From NCBI GenBank assembly GCA_965644265.1, contig OZ286462.1, positions 35,154,001 through 35,218,000 of the forward strand: a stretch of 64,000 bases of DNA, given 5' to 3'. The notes beneath the pieces were generated by a model. The model was not told the DNA's origin. It searched no databases and worked only from the letters and a program-made list of their open reading frames with translations. Position numbers and translations under genes: made by a program. Source of the DNA: Glycera tridactyla (lineage: Eukaryota). Each line of letters opens with the position of its first letter. Within the stretch, counting starts at the first letter, position 1. Shown piece by piece: positions 40,050-53,800 of the stretch.

Positions 40050-42950
40050 GTGGTACAGGCAGATATGTAAACTCAGACCAGGAACTAAACTACCCGAAAT
40101 TCGACTTCTGTCAGAACCACAGGTGGGAAGTGTGATATCGTGATATGTCTGAAATGGGCTAGTACTGTGCTTTACACTGGTACCAAATATGTGTGGCTAC
40201 CACTCTTGATGGCTATGCTACCAACCAAAAACTGGCTCAAAAATGGCATTTTTTGGCAATTTAGCCGACTTTTGAGGCATTTTGATCTGATATCTTTGCA
40301 ACCGGATATGGTATTCATAATATCATGACAATTTAGCAAAGCAGAGATATGGGGCATTCCAAAACTTCCATATTTTGTGAACAGAGCCTCTTGGTTCACC
40401 GGTAATTGGCAGATATGTAAACTCAAACCAGGGACTAAAATACCCGAAATTCGACTTCTTCAAAAATCAATCAATTCATGCAACCATGGGTGTAATCAAC
40501 GAGTATTGGGCCAAGAAAGATATTCTGATGCATTTTTGGAGCTATGACCATAGAAAGTGACTCAAATCGGGGGTCGTTTTTCTCGGAAATCACCATTTTG
40601 GCTATATTTTACCATTAACTCCGGAACCACGAGTGGGAAGTGTAATATTGTGACATTTCTGCAATGGGCTAGTAGAGCGCTTTCCGTTGGTACCAAATAT
40701 GTGTGGCTACCATTCTTGATGGCTATGCTACTGATCAAAAACTGGCTCAAAAATGGCATTTTCTTTGCAATTTCGTCGACTTTTGAGGCAATTTGATCAG
40801 ATATCTTTGCAACCGAATATGGTATTCATAATATCATGACAATTTAGCAAAGCAGAGATATGGGGCATTCCAAAACTTCCATATTTTGTGAACAGAGCCT
40901 CTTGGTTCACCGGTAATTGGCAGATATGTAAACTCAAACCAGGGACTAAAATACCCGAAATTCGACTTTTTAAAAAATCAATCAATTCATGCAACCATGG
41001 GTGCAATCAACGAGTATTGGGCCAAGAAAAGATATTCTGATGCATTTTTGGAGCTATGACCATAGAAAGTGACTCAAATCGGCGGTCGTTTTTCTCGGAA
41101 ATCACCATTTTGGCTATATTTTACCATTAACTCCGGAACCACGAGTGGGAAGTGTAATATTGTGACATTTCTGCAATGGGCTAGTAGAGCGCTTCACACT
41201 GGTACCAAATATGTGTGGCTACCACTCTTGATGGCTATGCTACCAACCAAAAACTGGCTCAAAAATGGCATTTTTTGGCAATTTAGCCGACTTTTGAGGC
41301 ATTTTGATCTGATATCTTTGCAACCGAATATGGTATTCATAATATCATGACAATTTGGCAAAGCAGAGATATGGGGCATTCCAAAACTTCCATATTTTGT
41401 GAACAGAGCCTCTTGGTTCACCGGTAATTGGCAGATATGTAAACTCAAACCAGGGACTAAAATACCCGAAATTCGACTTCTTCAAAAATCAATCAATTCA
41501 TGCAACCATGGGTGTAATCAACGAGTATTGGGCCAAGAAAGATATTCTGATGCATTTTTGGAGCTATGACCATAGAAAGTGACTCAAATCGGGGGTCGTT
41601 TTTCTCGGAAATCACCATTTTGGCTATATTTTACCATTAACTCCGGAACCACGAGTGGGAAGTGTAATATCGTGATATGTCTGAAATGGGCTAGTACTGT
41701 GCTTTACACTGGTACCAAATATGTGTGGCTACCACTCTTGATGGCTATGCTACCAACCAAAAACTGGCTCAAAAATGGCATTTTTTGGCAATTTAGCCGA
41801 CTTTTGAGGCATTTTGATCTGATATCTTTGCAACCGGATATGGTATTCATAATATCATGACAATTTAGCAAAGCAGAGATATGGGGCATTCCAAAACTTC
41901 CATATTTTGTGAACAGAGCCTCTTGGTTCACCGGTAATTGGCAGATATGTAAACTCAAACCAGGGACTAAAATACCCGAAATTCGACTTCTTCAAAAATC
42001 AATCAATTCATGCAACCATGGGTGCAATCAACGAGTATTGGGCCAAGAAAAGATATTCTGATGCATTTTTGGAGCTATGACCATAGAAAGTGACTCAAAT
42101 CGGGGGTCGTTTTTCTCGGAAATCACCATTTTGGCTATATTTTACCATTAACTCCGGAACCACGAGTGGGAAGTGTAATATTGTGACATTTCTGCAATGG
42201 GCTAGTAGAGCGCTTTCCGTTGGTACCAAATATGTGTGGCTACCATTCTTGATGGCTACGCTACTGATAAAAAACTGGCTCAAAAATGGCATTTTCTTTG
42301 CAATTTCGTCGACTTTTGAGGCAATTTGATCGGATATCTTTGCAACCGAATATGGTATTCATAATATCATGACAATTTAGCAAAGCAGAGATATGGGGCA
42401 TTCCAAAACTTCCATATTTTGTGAACAGAGCCTCTTGGTTCACCGGTAATTGGCAGATATGTAAACTCAAACCGGGACTAAAATACCCGAAATTCGACTT
42501 CTTCAAAAATCAATCAATTCATGCAACCATGGGTGCAATCAACGAGTATAGGGCCAAGAAAAGATATTCTGATGCATTTTTGGAGCTATGACCATAGAAA
42601 GTGACTCAAATCGGGGGTCGTTTTTCTCGGAAATCACCATTTTGGCTATTTTTGACCAATAACTACAGAACCACAAGATGGAACTCTGATATCATGACAT
42701 TTATGAAAAGGGCTTGTGTAGTGCTTTCCGTTGGTACCAAATATGTGTGGCTACCATTCTTGATGACTACGCTACCAACAAAGAAACTGGCTGGAGAATG
42801 GCCTTTTTGGCAATTTGGTCAACTTTTGAGGCATTTTGATTGGATATCTTGGCAACCAAATATGGTATTCATAATATCATGACAAATTAGCAAAGCAGAG
42901 ATATGGGGCATTCCAAAACGCCCATGCTTTGCAAACAGAGCCTCTTGGTT
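40050..42950. repeat. About 511-bp tandem satellite, about 5.7 copies, with sequence variants
   Basis: Equivalent positions at 40557, 41069, 41579, 42090, 42601. Confidence 0.95.
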
Positions 42951-45019
42951 CAGTCTCCCATCAGAGGTGATTACTTGTCAGTCGGTGTTTTGTCGCACAA
43001 TTTACTGCAGCTACAGATTTGATTGTGAGAGAGGTCTATAAAAAACAAACATATCAACTTCCACGCATCCAGTTCACCTTTATTGTGTAGTTGGTCATGA
43101 ATAACAGGTATCAAGCAGTATCCAGTATCAATACCCCCAAAACATCATAAAATCCACGAATCATGTGTTACTTCATCAAGGAACAATCATGGTATTATAT
43201 TGATCAGTGGTAAGTCTCACATGGTTACTTGGAGAGAATCAAGGATCATGGTCATTGGGTCTGGTTGAGGTTCAACAGCATGCATCAGCACAGAGGATTA
43301 TGTTTGACTTGCATTCTCATTTGCCACCTATATTGGCAGTCTAATTTTATCTATCCATCAGCCAGCATATCAACCCTCGATATTCAAAGGTCACTACAAA
43401 TATGACCTCTCAGACTTAGATGACGAAATAAATCATGGATGCCTTGCATTTCCTGAGACCATGATTATTGGAGAAAGATCAGCTCAAATGTGAAACGTAT
43501 TAATTTTATGGATATCATTATACATTTACAACATAGACTTCTCTGAAGGCAGATTCTGCTTCAGCCTGGGTGCACAATGCACTGCATCTAGGAAAAAACA
43601 TATTCAGCTGAAATTACAATGCTGTGACAATAATTGGTGTGTACCATTTCTGATAATATCCTGCACATTCAATGTACACAATGAAGTGCACGCAGGGGAT
43701 TTCATCAGCGGATGTGATGGAATGTATCCTTGTTAAGTCTGATGTGACTGGGAACTGGCACTATTGGTTGGAAGACCCCATTGATGGTTTTCATCTCTTC
43801 AGGTATGTAATTGAATATGTCTGCATCAAATGAGCAAGTGGATAGGTGACAATTGTTAGAAAAAAAATCAATTCTGAAAAAGGTTTTCTGTCCACGAAAT
43901 CATTCAGGATTGTGTAATAAGACCTCATATATATGTAGCATTCCTCAAGGGATGCCATAAAATGATTATGCATGAAGTGAGAGGAGGCAAAGTAAGGTCA
44001 TGTTTGCTGGAAAAATTGTTTGGTGAGAAACAATTTTTGCTTAAGATCTTTAACTGATTTGTTGATGAAAAAATCCACACAAATTATACATAATGAACAA
44101 TTATTTGAGGATGCTAAGGTAGATTGATGTTGCTAGCCACAATCTATATCAGAAAAAAACATTTATGTATCCAGAAATCAAAAAGAAGTTTGCATACATA
44201 GCTGGGCTTCATGAGGTAATACCCTGAAAGGTAGTGAAAAATCTTGGATAGTGTAGTGTCAGCACAGGGAACACAGCACCATCCAAAATATATGAGAGGT
44301 GAAGGTCATACATCCAGGGTCAAACTACACAGAGTTGAGGTGACATGACCATGCACACCTACCCCTAGGGGGGTAGTTCACACATCCAGAATGGTCAGTG
44401 TAACATCAACACAATGGTCACAGCAGCCACCGCGTATCAGAGGTTAAGGTCATACCTATGCCCGCCTTGCTCGGCTTGCTAATCGAGAGGGGGGGGGGGG
44501 GGGGGCTCTTATTTCATAAGATGTCAAAAAATGCTGATGAGCAATAATCAGATATGTTGGTGAACGAACACAGGTGACTGGGGAAATATCAAAGCACATT
44601 TGTAACAAGGAAAACATGAAAAAACTACGACCATACAAGGGAAATCATCAGAATAAAGAGTGGTGTTTGCATAACCATTCTGACTTTGACATGTCAATCG
44701 AGAGGTTTCATGCACATAGATGCCATGATAATAACACATGAAATATCAAACTTAGTGGCATCTTAATCAACGTGGGCACCGCCACGTTGGATCTGGCCCT
44801 CTTGCTGGCTAGGATGAGCAGGAAATTCACCCATGTGGGACTATCAAACCCGGTGACAGCTTCAATCTCCATCTCGAAGGGGCCAGAGGGCACTGATGAA
44901 GGTCAGGGTGCTAATTAGGGAGAATACAGCATCAAAAGATCAAGGTCATACTTCCAAGGTCAAATAACTAAGTGTTAATTAAATGGAGAGTTCACACCTT
45001 CTTCTAGGTAGTCTACAAT

Positions 45020-47130
45020 CCAAACATAGCCTTCAATGAAGGCGGACCTTGTCTCAACTAAGCCAACTCAAACACCTCGAATATGAGATGAAGCAACTCA
45101 TCAGAAGTCACATCTGGTTCACCAAGGGACAGGCACCATCATTTGAAAAATCTGTTTCTGAAAACATGTTTTCGTCCCCAAAATCTAGCAAGGTTTTCAT
45201 CGGTTCCCATCCATGGCAGGCATTTGGGAAGGAACACTATGGAAGGCATCTGTGTCAAGTTTGGTGTGGTTTGAGGGAGCAACAATCTTCAGGAAAAATC
45301 CATTCCTGAAGTCAATCAGCATTGTCGGGAGCCCTAATCCATGGTTGACATTCATTAGGGAATGATATAAATTACATCTGTACCAAGTTTAGTGTGGCTA
45401 TGGACAAACAACCTCTCAAAACCAACAAGACCTCACAAGAGCACTATCTGTGGCCAGCGTCCATTAAGGGAACTTATGAATTGCATTCATGCCAATTTTA
45501 GTGTGGCTATGGACATCCACCATCTTCTGAAAAATCCATTTCAGAAAAAAAAAACAATTCTCTCCCCAAAACCAATCAGGTCTGCTGGGAGTCCCTCTCC
45601 ATGGCTGGCATCAGTTAGGGAATGCTATGAAGTGCATACATGCCATATTTGGTGTGGCTATGGACAACCACCGTATTTAGAAGAATCCATTTCTGAATAA
45701 CCAATGTTGACCCAAAAATCATCCAAGCCTGTTGGGAGACCCTGTCCACGGCCAGCATGCATTAAGGGATGCTACGAAGTGCACCCATGTCACATTTGGT
45801 GTGGCTATGACGACCGCCATCTTTAGAAAATCCCTTTCTGAAGAACCAATTTTGACCCCAAAATCAATCAAGCCTGTTGGGAGACGCTGTCCATGGCTGT
45901 CATTCATTATGGATTTCTATTAGGTACATCTGTACCAAGTATGGTGTGGCTACTGACAGCCAAACTCTTTAGAGAAATCTGTTTCTGAAAAAAAAAATTC
46001 CACCCCAAAACCAACCAGAGCTGTCTGGAGACCCCATTTATGGCTAGCATTCATTGGGGAATGCCATGAATTGCCAAGTTTGGTGTGGCTATGGTCAGCC
46101 ACGCTCTTTCGAAATATCCATTTATGAAAAAAAAAATCACCTCAAAACAAACCAGGCCTGTTGGGAGACCCCATTTATGGTTAGAATTTATCAGGGAATG
46201 CTATGAATTGCATCCATGCTAAGTTTCTTGTGGCTAAGGACAGCCGTCATCTTTAGAAAAATCCATTTCTGAAAAAAATATTTGACCCCCAAACCAACCA
46301 GACTTGTTAGGAGAGCCAATCCACGGATAGCATTCATTAAAGAATCATAGGAGATCCATATGTATCAAGTTTGGGATGGCTTGGTATTGATAAACTCAGT
46401 TCAAAACAGTGATTTTTGACCCCAAATCACCTATCTTGCACCTAGACATGTGGAGAATCAACTGCAAACTGAACATGAATAAATTGGATCATCATGAATA
46501 TCACAGAGATGGCTCATCATTTCAAAACACAATTTCCAACCCGAAATCGATCAAGCAGAACACAGGGATGCTACCTTGATGATGGCTGAGTTCATTAGTA
46601 GATGTACTAAAGTATATGCATCCCGAATTTCATGCACCTAGACCCTCTAGTTGCTGAGCAATGTGACTTCAACGTGACTTCAACATTGCCCCCTGATGAC
46701 CGAGTCCCATCATTTCGCGAAAACCCAATTTTCAACCCGAAACTAATCAAGCAGAACACTGGGATGCCACCTTGATTATGGCTGGATCCATTTGTAAATG
46801 TACAGTGAAACCTGCAATGGGAGACCCCCTGGTGAGAGACCACCTCCGACGGGAGACCGCTTTTCCAGGGCGGCTTTTCTATCTGACATAGTCAAATATG
46901 CCTCCGACGAGGACTTTTTGATGACATTTGGGGAAGTCTCTCGTCGCAGGTTTCAATGTAATGGAGTATATGCAGGTGAAATATCATGGAGCTAGGCCCT
47001 CTAGTCGGTGAGCGAAGGCACTTCAACATAACTTCAACATGACCTTAACGCCGACCTCAACACAGATGAGAATGCCGACGCCGGAGTGACCGCAATACCC
47101 CTGCAACTTTGTTGAGACAAGGTAAATTTG
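45020..47130 (+). mobile_element. HINE/Helentron-like non-autonomous element with about 9 internal tandem units of about 145 bp
   Basis: 5' palindrome GCCTTCA-A-TGAAGGC; repeated cattagggaatgctatgaa...ccaagtttggtgtggctatggac units; 3' gacgccgacgcc plus hairpin-like end. The family assignment is inference. Confidence 0.5.
46803..46958. mobile_element. 156-bp MITE
   Basis: ta-CAGTGAAACCTGC ... GCAGGTTTCAATG-ta. Confidence 0.85.
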
Positions 47131-47390
47131 AGCAGTGTAGCCTCAATACAATGCATGAAACAAAAATTGTTTAGAGATGACCGGACAGACATATGGCTGG
47201 ATGGATGGCTAGATGGACTGAATTTGGCATACTCTCCTAACTTCTCTCAAGGGGCATTAAATAATTCCTACTTTGATAGGTAGGGGAGATCCCTCATGAT
47301 GTTCTAAACACTGCTGAAGACTCATGGCATAAAGGTGAGAAATGGTGTTCAGCTCCATACATAGATAATAATGCCTATGACTAAACTGCT

Positions 47391-47837
47391 TCATAAACCA
47401 ATATCTGCCAGGTCTGCCAAATCAGATGGTGAAAGAGACTCCAATTCAAACTCATCTTCCAGATACAACTCCTCCTGTTCAGCTTCATCTTGCAGCAGTT
47501 GTTGAAGCCCACAAGTATCATAAGAAACCTCTGGAAGATGAGATGAATCGGACAATTCAGGGATCAATGCAGAAAACAGATTTTTTGCACGATCTCTCAA
47601 CTGACACAGTCCAACACATTTTTTTTTTAGCAATGCTCTAGCACCAGTACATAACTCATCAGCAGTCTCTGCATTTTTGAGGGAAGCAATTCTCTCATCC
47701 AAGCTGGTTATTAAGCTCATCATCTCCGACCTTGTGGCTTGCATCTCCTCAAGACTCCTGGCTTTGCGGTTGTTGAGGTCAACCAATTCCCTCTTGATGT
47801 TCTTTGGGATCTCGGGCGAGGAAGTTGATGGGTTAGT
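47391..47837 (-). CDS. KDZ transposase terminal exon (coiled-coil-like region, acidic tail, stop)
   Basis: TNPSTSSPEIPKNIKRELVDLNNRKARSLEEMQATRSEM...EDEFELESLSPSDLADLADIGL*; ttccag acceptor. Confidence 0.85.
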   Translation of the reverse strand, partial: TNPSTSSPEIPKNIKRELVDLNNRKARSLEEMQATRSEMMSLITSLDERIASLKNAETADELCTGARALLKKKCVGLCQLRDRAKNLFSALIPELSDSSHLPEVSYDTCGLQQLLQDEAEQEELYLEDEFELESLSPSDLADLADIGL

Positions 47838-50800
47838 CTGGAAGATCAAAACCATGATGCAATTAATAACAGAAGATAAAATGACACAATTAATAACAGA
47901 ACATGAAAGACAAATCTTTTCATGAATGCAAAATAATACTGACTTCAGATGTACATGTAGATGCTTGTTTATCAAAAGTTTATGCTGTAGAATGTGGAAT
48001 TAGAATACCATTCTGACAAACACAATAGCTCATAAGGATATCTTTTGAAGACAGATTAGTATTGATGTCAAGCATTTTCTCACACATTATGACTTGACCT
48101 GTGTTATGAAAGTGCAACTGCTCAGTTGGTGGAAAAATCATGTTCGTGGATAGATTTGACTGCAATGTGGCAAGTACAATGGCACAGCCTACTGATATTA
48201 TCTGTTTGGGATGAGCTACTGATGGAACTTTAAGATATTTATGCGGAGATGAGATGCATCAAGATATTCAAAATTGGGTCAAGTGGCTTATTGTATCAAC
48301 AAGTTGGGGCCAATGTGACATTTTAGGGGGTCAATTGAAGGGAAGCAATAACCAAATTTGGGGAGATTTGGCCTTGCACTGTTACCAAAAAGTGGGCCCC
48401 ACTCCCACAACCTCAACACAATGCTGTTTATGTCCACTTACCTCTGAAGACAGGAGTACGAAAACATCAGCTGTGGTGCACTGGATATCATCCGTGCTAA
48501 GTGTATTTGGTAGGCGGGAATATTGCGTGAAGTGCTGCTCGTTATATAAAGCAAGTAGGATCTTCACTTTCTGCCCGACTTTAGTAATCTGGCGACTGAT
48601 ACGCCCTGCTATCGCCTGTCCAGCTGTAACAGAAACAAACCAAAAACTCTGAGAGGAGAAAGTTTCCAGCAGCTTTGCTAGTACTGAAGTTGTTGTCAGC
48701 ACACCATCACATGTGTACAGTATACACTGTTTTGCAACCTGAATTTCAAGAATTGGGAATATTGTCCCTTGGGATAGAAGAAATGGGGGCCTCTCTTCTA
48801 AGGACATATTTAAAATGTGTTTCCTCGAGGATGTTTGTAGTAATTTTCAGCATCATGGCCCACACTCAGAAAATGCTCTCATGCACTCTCTGGATGCAAT
48901 CCCATATATGAAACATATTGAAGCATATTAAACTCTAGCAGAGAATGTCAACTGGCAATATCTTTTCCAAAATGAAAACAAAAGTTTCACATGCAGGCCA
49001 TTCACGGTGATAAAGACAAAGTCATACACATACATCCATGATTCATCATTCATCCGCTTGTCTCATCAGCCTTACCCGGGCTGCAATACAGCACTCAGGC
49101 CATTGTCATCGATGGGATCATTGGAAAAAAAAACATTTTCCTGGCAGGGCTCAACGTTGGGACTGGCACCTAAAAATTTCGTTTTGATTGCCAGGTAATT
49201 TTTTTCAGTAGCAAACTGATTTTCAATTTGGTCGCCAACCATTTTTTTTGGGTGGCCGAGACAGTTATTGACCTTATATGACCATCCCTCCTCAAGGTAT
49301 CTAGGGCTGTGGTCCTCGGTGAAAGTCATGAGCCGATTACCCGTGGCACCATGGCCAAGTACATCGACAAGAGGACATAAAAATCTTGAACTTACATGAG
49401 TACTTTGATCGAAGATGGATGAGGAAGGACTTTTCCTCAACTAATGCCAGTAGCTTGCAGAGGAAATGAACTTTGGAGTTCATTTCAAACACCTCCAATT
49501 CTGAGAGATAATCCAGCGTATTTCGTCCCCATCTACTGAAGCCATGGCGGTTTTCAGTTTCTCGCAGTTTCCTGTAAGTACAATTAGATGGCCATGAAAT
49601 GAGGATCATTTCAAGCTTTCCTACTCTGTGATATGATCAGATACCAACTCAGCAGGGGGAGAGCTTCATTATGCTAGGTGATGCAGGTAGTGACATGTAC
49701 TATTGGATATCAGAATATCAGGTGGCAGATCTGATGATTTTGAATATTCAAGCCGCACCTGATTGCTCACACCAGATGGGCGCTCATTGAGCCCATCAAC
49801 AGGAGGATACCATGTTTGATGAGGCTGACGAGTTTAAAATTTCAGATGCTCTCTTAGTTGTACTAAATATTGAATGAATGCTTTGGTGGGCAATAGGAAA
49901 AAAAATGCCAATGCTGACAATTCCAATCCCATCTTATTACAATAAAATAAGGTTCAGTCACGATACAAGCTTTTATGGTTGTGTGGAAGATAGGATCTAT
50001 TTTGTCTTCTACTGTCCATTGCATGATGCCCCGACCTGACGGAATTTGGTGAAATAATTGAAATCCTTTATGAGATCAGGATAAAAGCTTCATACTCAAC
50101 TACATAATTTGTCCATATATCCATTTGATATTATACCATTGATGTCTCAATAACACACTGATAAGGAAACAACCAGTGTATCAACCCAGTGAAATATGTA
50201 TCTAAGTTAGATGTATGATTTAAGTAACACATCTGCTTGATTGATAGGGTGACGACTATCCTCTGTCAGATGTAACACCACTTAGTTGTCACAGCAGTAT
50301 GTGCTGAAACATAACCAAGACTGCTAGCCTCAGCAAAGATTGATGCCATGGACTTTGCAAGGCACCAAGTTGGGTAGGCCCACAAAGGGCTGGTAGTGCT
50401 AATAAATTTCATCTTTATTTTCTTTATTCTTTGGTTTTTGTCATCCATTTCTCTTGACAGTCATCTATTTATCTTGACAAACTGTTGTCTGATATTGTCC
50501 CACCAAAATTATGAAATGCTTGATAATGACTCATTAATAAAAGATTGTTGACTGTTACTTACAGAGTGAGAATCTGGAACTTCTCTGTGTCCTCAGATCC
50601 TTCTTCATGGTCACTGATTGTATCCCTGCAATGAGCACATTAGTATCAGCTGAGCATGCACTTACAGGAAGTACAATAAAACCCAAAAGACCACCTTAAA
50701 ATACAAGAAAAGGGGGTCATTCATGACAGGCCATACATGTATTTCATACAATGCTAGCAACCAATCTTCTTCTGGATACGCACTGATGATTTCAGAAAAT

Positions 50801-53800
50801 ACCAGAAAATATATTCAAGGAGGCATACATCTTTCTGAACACATATCTACTCGAAAAAATATAACCATAACTCATCACATGAATTGATTTGATTGCTGCT
50901 GTCAATATTGTTTCAGCTACTATATCCTTCACCATTATACCAGGTAATGGCCAACAAAAAGTTACATGGGGTAAAATGACTTAAACTATATGTATCATTG
51001 TCTGGAATGTCGGAACTGGATGTAAATGCCATTGTAGGTTGAAAGCACATCACATGGGCAGCATTGACATGTCTTCAACATTAGGAAATGATTCTGAACT
51101 GATGGAAATGAATTTTGCAAATCCACTATTTCACTTTATCGTTTATCATTCTTGATAGGGCCCCGAGTTCTGTCATTGTCTTGTGTTCATTTAGAGCACT
51201 GGTAAATGTACGTTGTAGTAGATGCCCATCAGAGATCATCTAATTAAGAAGTCAAAATTAATTAGGGAAGAAAATGGTTGCTTGAGAGGGTTGGTCATTT
51301 GTCCAGAAGCCAGTGCTCATAGCCCTTCAATTTGGCCCCCGCTTGTCATGATGCAATCAGGTCAGCAAATAGCAAAGTAATTTTCACATCATGTTGAAAT
51401 CCGATTAGATTTGGTGGGCTCACTCATTACTTACCTCAATGCATAATATTTCTTCAGATCTGCAACATACTTCTGTTTCCACACAGGCCCCGTACCTGGA
51501 AAGAAGTTGAAATATCTGAGTATCTAATCAAATGGAATTGTTTCAGAAGACAGCACATCTTTGGAAATGTTTGAATTGCAGCCAAACCTGAATATAACAC
51601 AGTCCAGCCCAAAGCAGTCATTGCAAGGAAGTGGTCATCTTATGTGGGGTGGATATGTGTGAAATAACTAGTGATAAACAATGGTCAGGAGCTACAGTGG
51701 AAATGTTGATAATGATGATCTTGATGAATCTTATTCTCATTATAGAAGAAAATCATGCAGGCAAGGTTCACTGAAAGTGACAAATGTAACTCAAACAGCT
51801 CTTCATGTGTGTATTTCCATGCAGGCCTATTCAAGGAAAATCACTTTTATTGGCAGGAAAGGCAATCATTTCACCAGCATCGTGGCACAGATCCAATTTC
51901 GTTTTCAGACAAAAATACATGTTCTGATATGACTGGTTGCTGTATTGTTTTGGTCACCATCTTGTCATCTGCATGGCATGCTCACTCATGCTCGCTCATC
52001 CAGGATATGGCTACCACATATCAATGGACATCATGTTATGACGTTAACCCAGGAGATGCCAACTGTAACACTGACATTGAGGTTCAAAAGTGGGACCTGG
52101 CCATGAAATACGTGCCATATACTCGCTGTGCCAAACCTTCCTCTAAACCACACTCACATATGCATGAGCATGTATGCATGTGGGTGAGTTGGTGTGTTGC
52201 AGAGGGAAGGAAATAGGGAGTGAGCATGTATTCCTGGAAAGAGAATAAGTGCCGAAGAAGTCGACAACAGTCATAACAAAGGACTCCATAATACCCTGAG
52301 ACCTGTGACCAGAAATGAATGACAAAATAACAGACTAACATTCTGCTGCGCATTTAAATCAAAATTGTCACAAGATATCAAATGTCAAGCGCATATCTGT
52401 GAAGTCAAAGGTCAGAAGGTCAAAAAGACATGCATAGACTCACCTACTGGTACCCCTCATGGCTTGTCCACTTGTCCCCAAAGTGATAGTGTATCATCTA
52501 CACAGTGTTCACAGCCATACCAAAATGTTGTTTACAGACACACACACAGACAGATGTATTGAATCTGAATTCCCCCACCCCACACACACCTCCAGTTAAA
52601 TGACACAGTATCATATATTGATGAGGAGATTTGTCTGGATCTCATGAGCCTGTGGAAACCTTGCAGTATATCATCTACTACGATAGGTATACTGGTTCCA
52701 ATCTCTGAAATGGGGTGGGTGAAATTCAATCAATGTACCTGCCATAATACAGGGGGCAAACAGGCCTATACACATACCTTGTTGGATTCCTCCAGATGGC
52801 CTGTTACCCATTGACATCATCTCTTCCTGGTTCCACTCACTGATCTCCTGCTCACTGACAGCCACTGGAAGGAAGAAAATGAGATCAAATGCATGATAGA
52901 AATCACAGAACATCACCATATGCATGTTGGGTTAGTTGGTTGTTTGGAACAAAATGAGAAATACATGCCACTGAGGCTTTAGCCCCAAATTTGATCAATA
53001 ATATGGTGAATACAGTTGAGTCTTCTCAGGAAACACTTAGAGTATGAGGGCCACCTAACCAGTACCTACAAAGACCACCCAAAATAATACCAAAACAGCA
53101 TTTCATACATTACTTCACATTTAGTTTGACTGTCCGGTCTTGAATTGGAAAAGTTTAATGAAACCTGGTATTCCGGATTGATTCAGCAACAGGTAACAAC
53201 AGACATATTTGCTGAGTATGTAGTATTTGTGCTCAATGATGATAGTTGCGGCGTCATAAAACTGGATCTTCCAAAGTTGGTAATCCAGCACTAATGTGGT
53301 TTTAAATTGTGCTCCACTGCCCATTTATAATTCATCAACTGGATATGCAAATCATTGGAAACACATGAATGCAGTTATCCATCTACTGAACACCATATCA
53401 ATTACCTGTTAGGCTGTTCATTAGTATCAGTTGGTTCTCTGTCGCCTGTGCATACAGCTTCTCGGCAGCCCGGTGTCGCTCCACCAAATTCAAATCTACC
53501 AGAAATCAATCAAAGCAATCACAGTTGTCTAGATACTATCAAAACATGAAAAAAGTTACATATGTCAGGTGACCTACACTAATAAGTTTGTGATCCAGTA
53601 AAGATAGCTGCAGTATGCTTCCCCGTCAAATTTGAATCAATGAGTAAGAATTAACCACTATGATCACCATAGATTGATCTAATAGCAAGGTATTTACTTT
53701 CATATATGGAATAGCTGGTGCCCACTTGCGCACTCAGCCAATTACACAGGTGATCTGAGTGGGGGCCATGTGTGATGTTGGAAGTTTGTATGGCAGCAGG

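Noticed and set aside
40140-42882. Repeated 60-93 aa ORFs
   Set aside because: They are short products of the 511-bp satellite with no recognisable motif and no consistent frame
40050-42950. CRISPR-like array
   Set aside because: Units are long near-identical tandem repeats with no unique spacers, in a eukaryotic context
51681-52353. 153-aa plus-strand ORF inside a KDZ intron
   Set aside because: No recognisable motif or splice support
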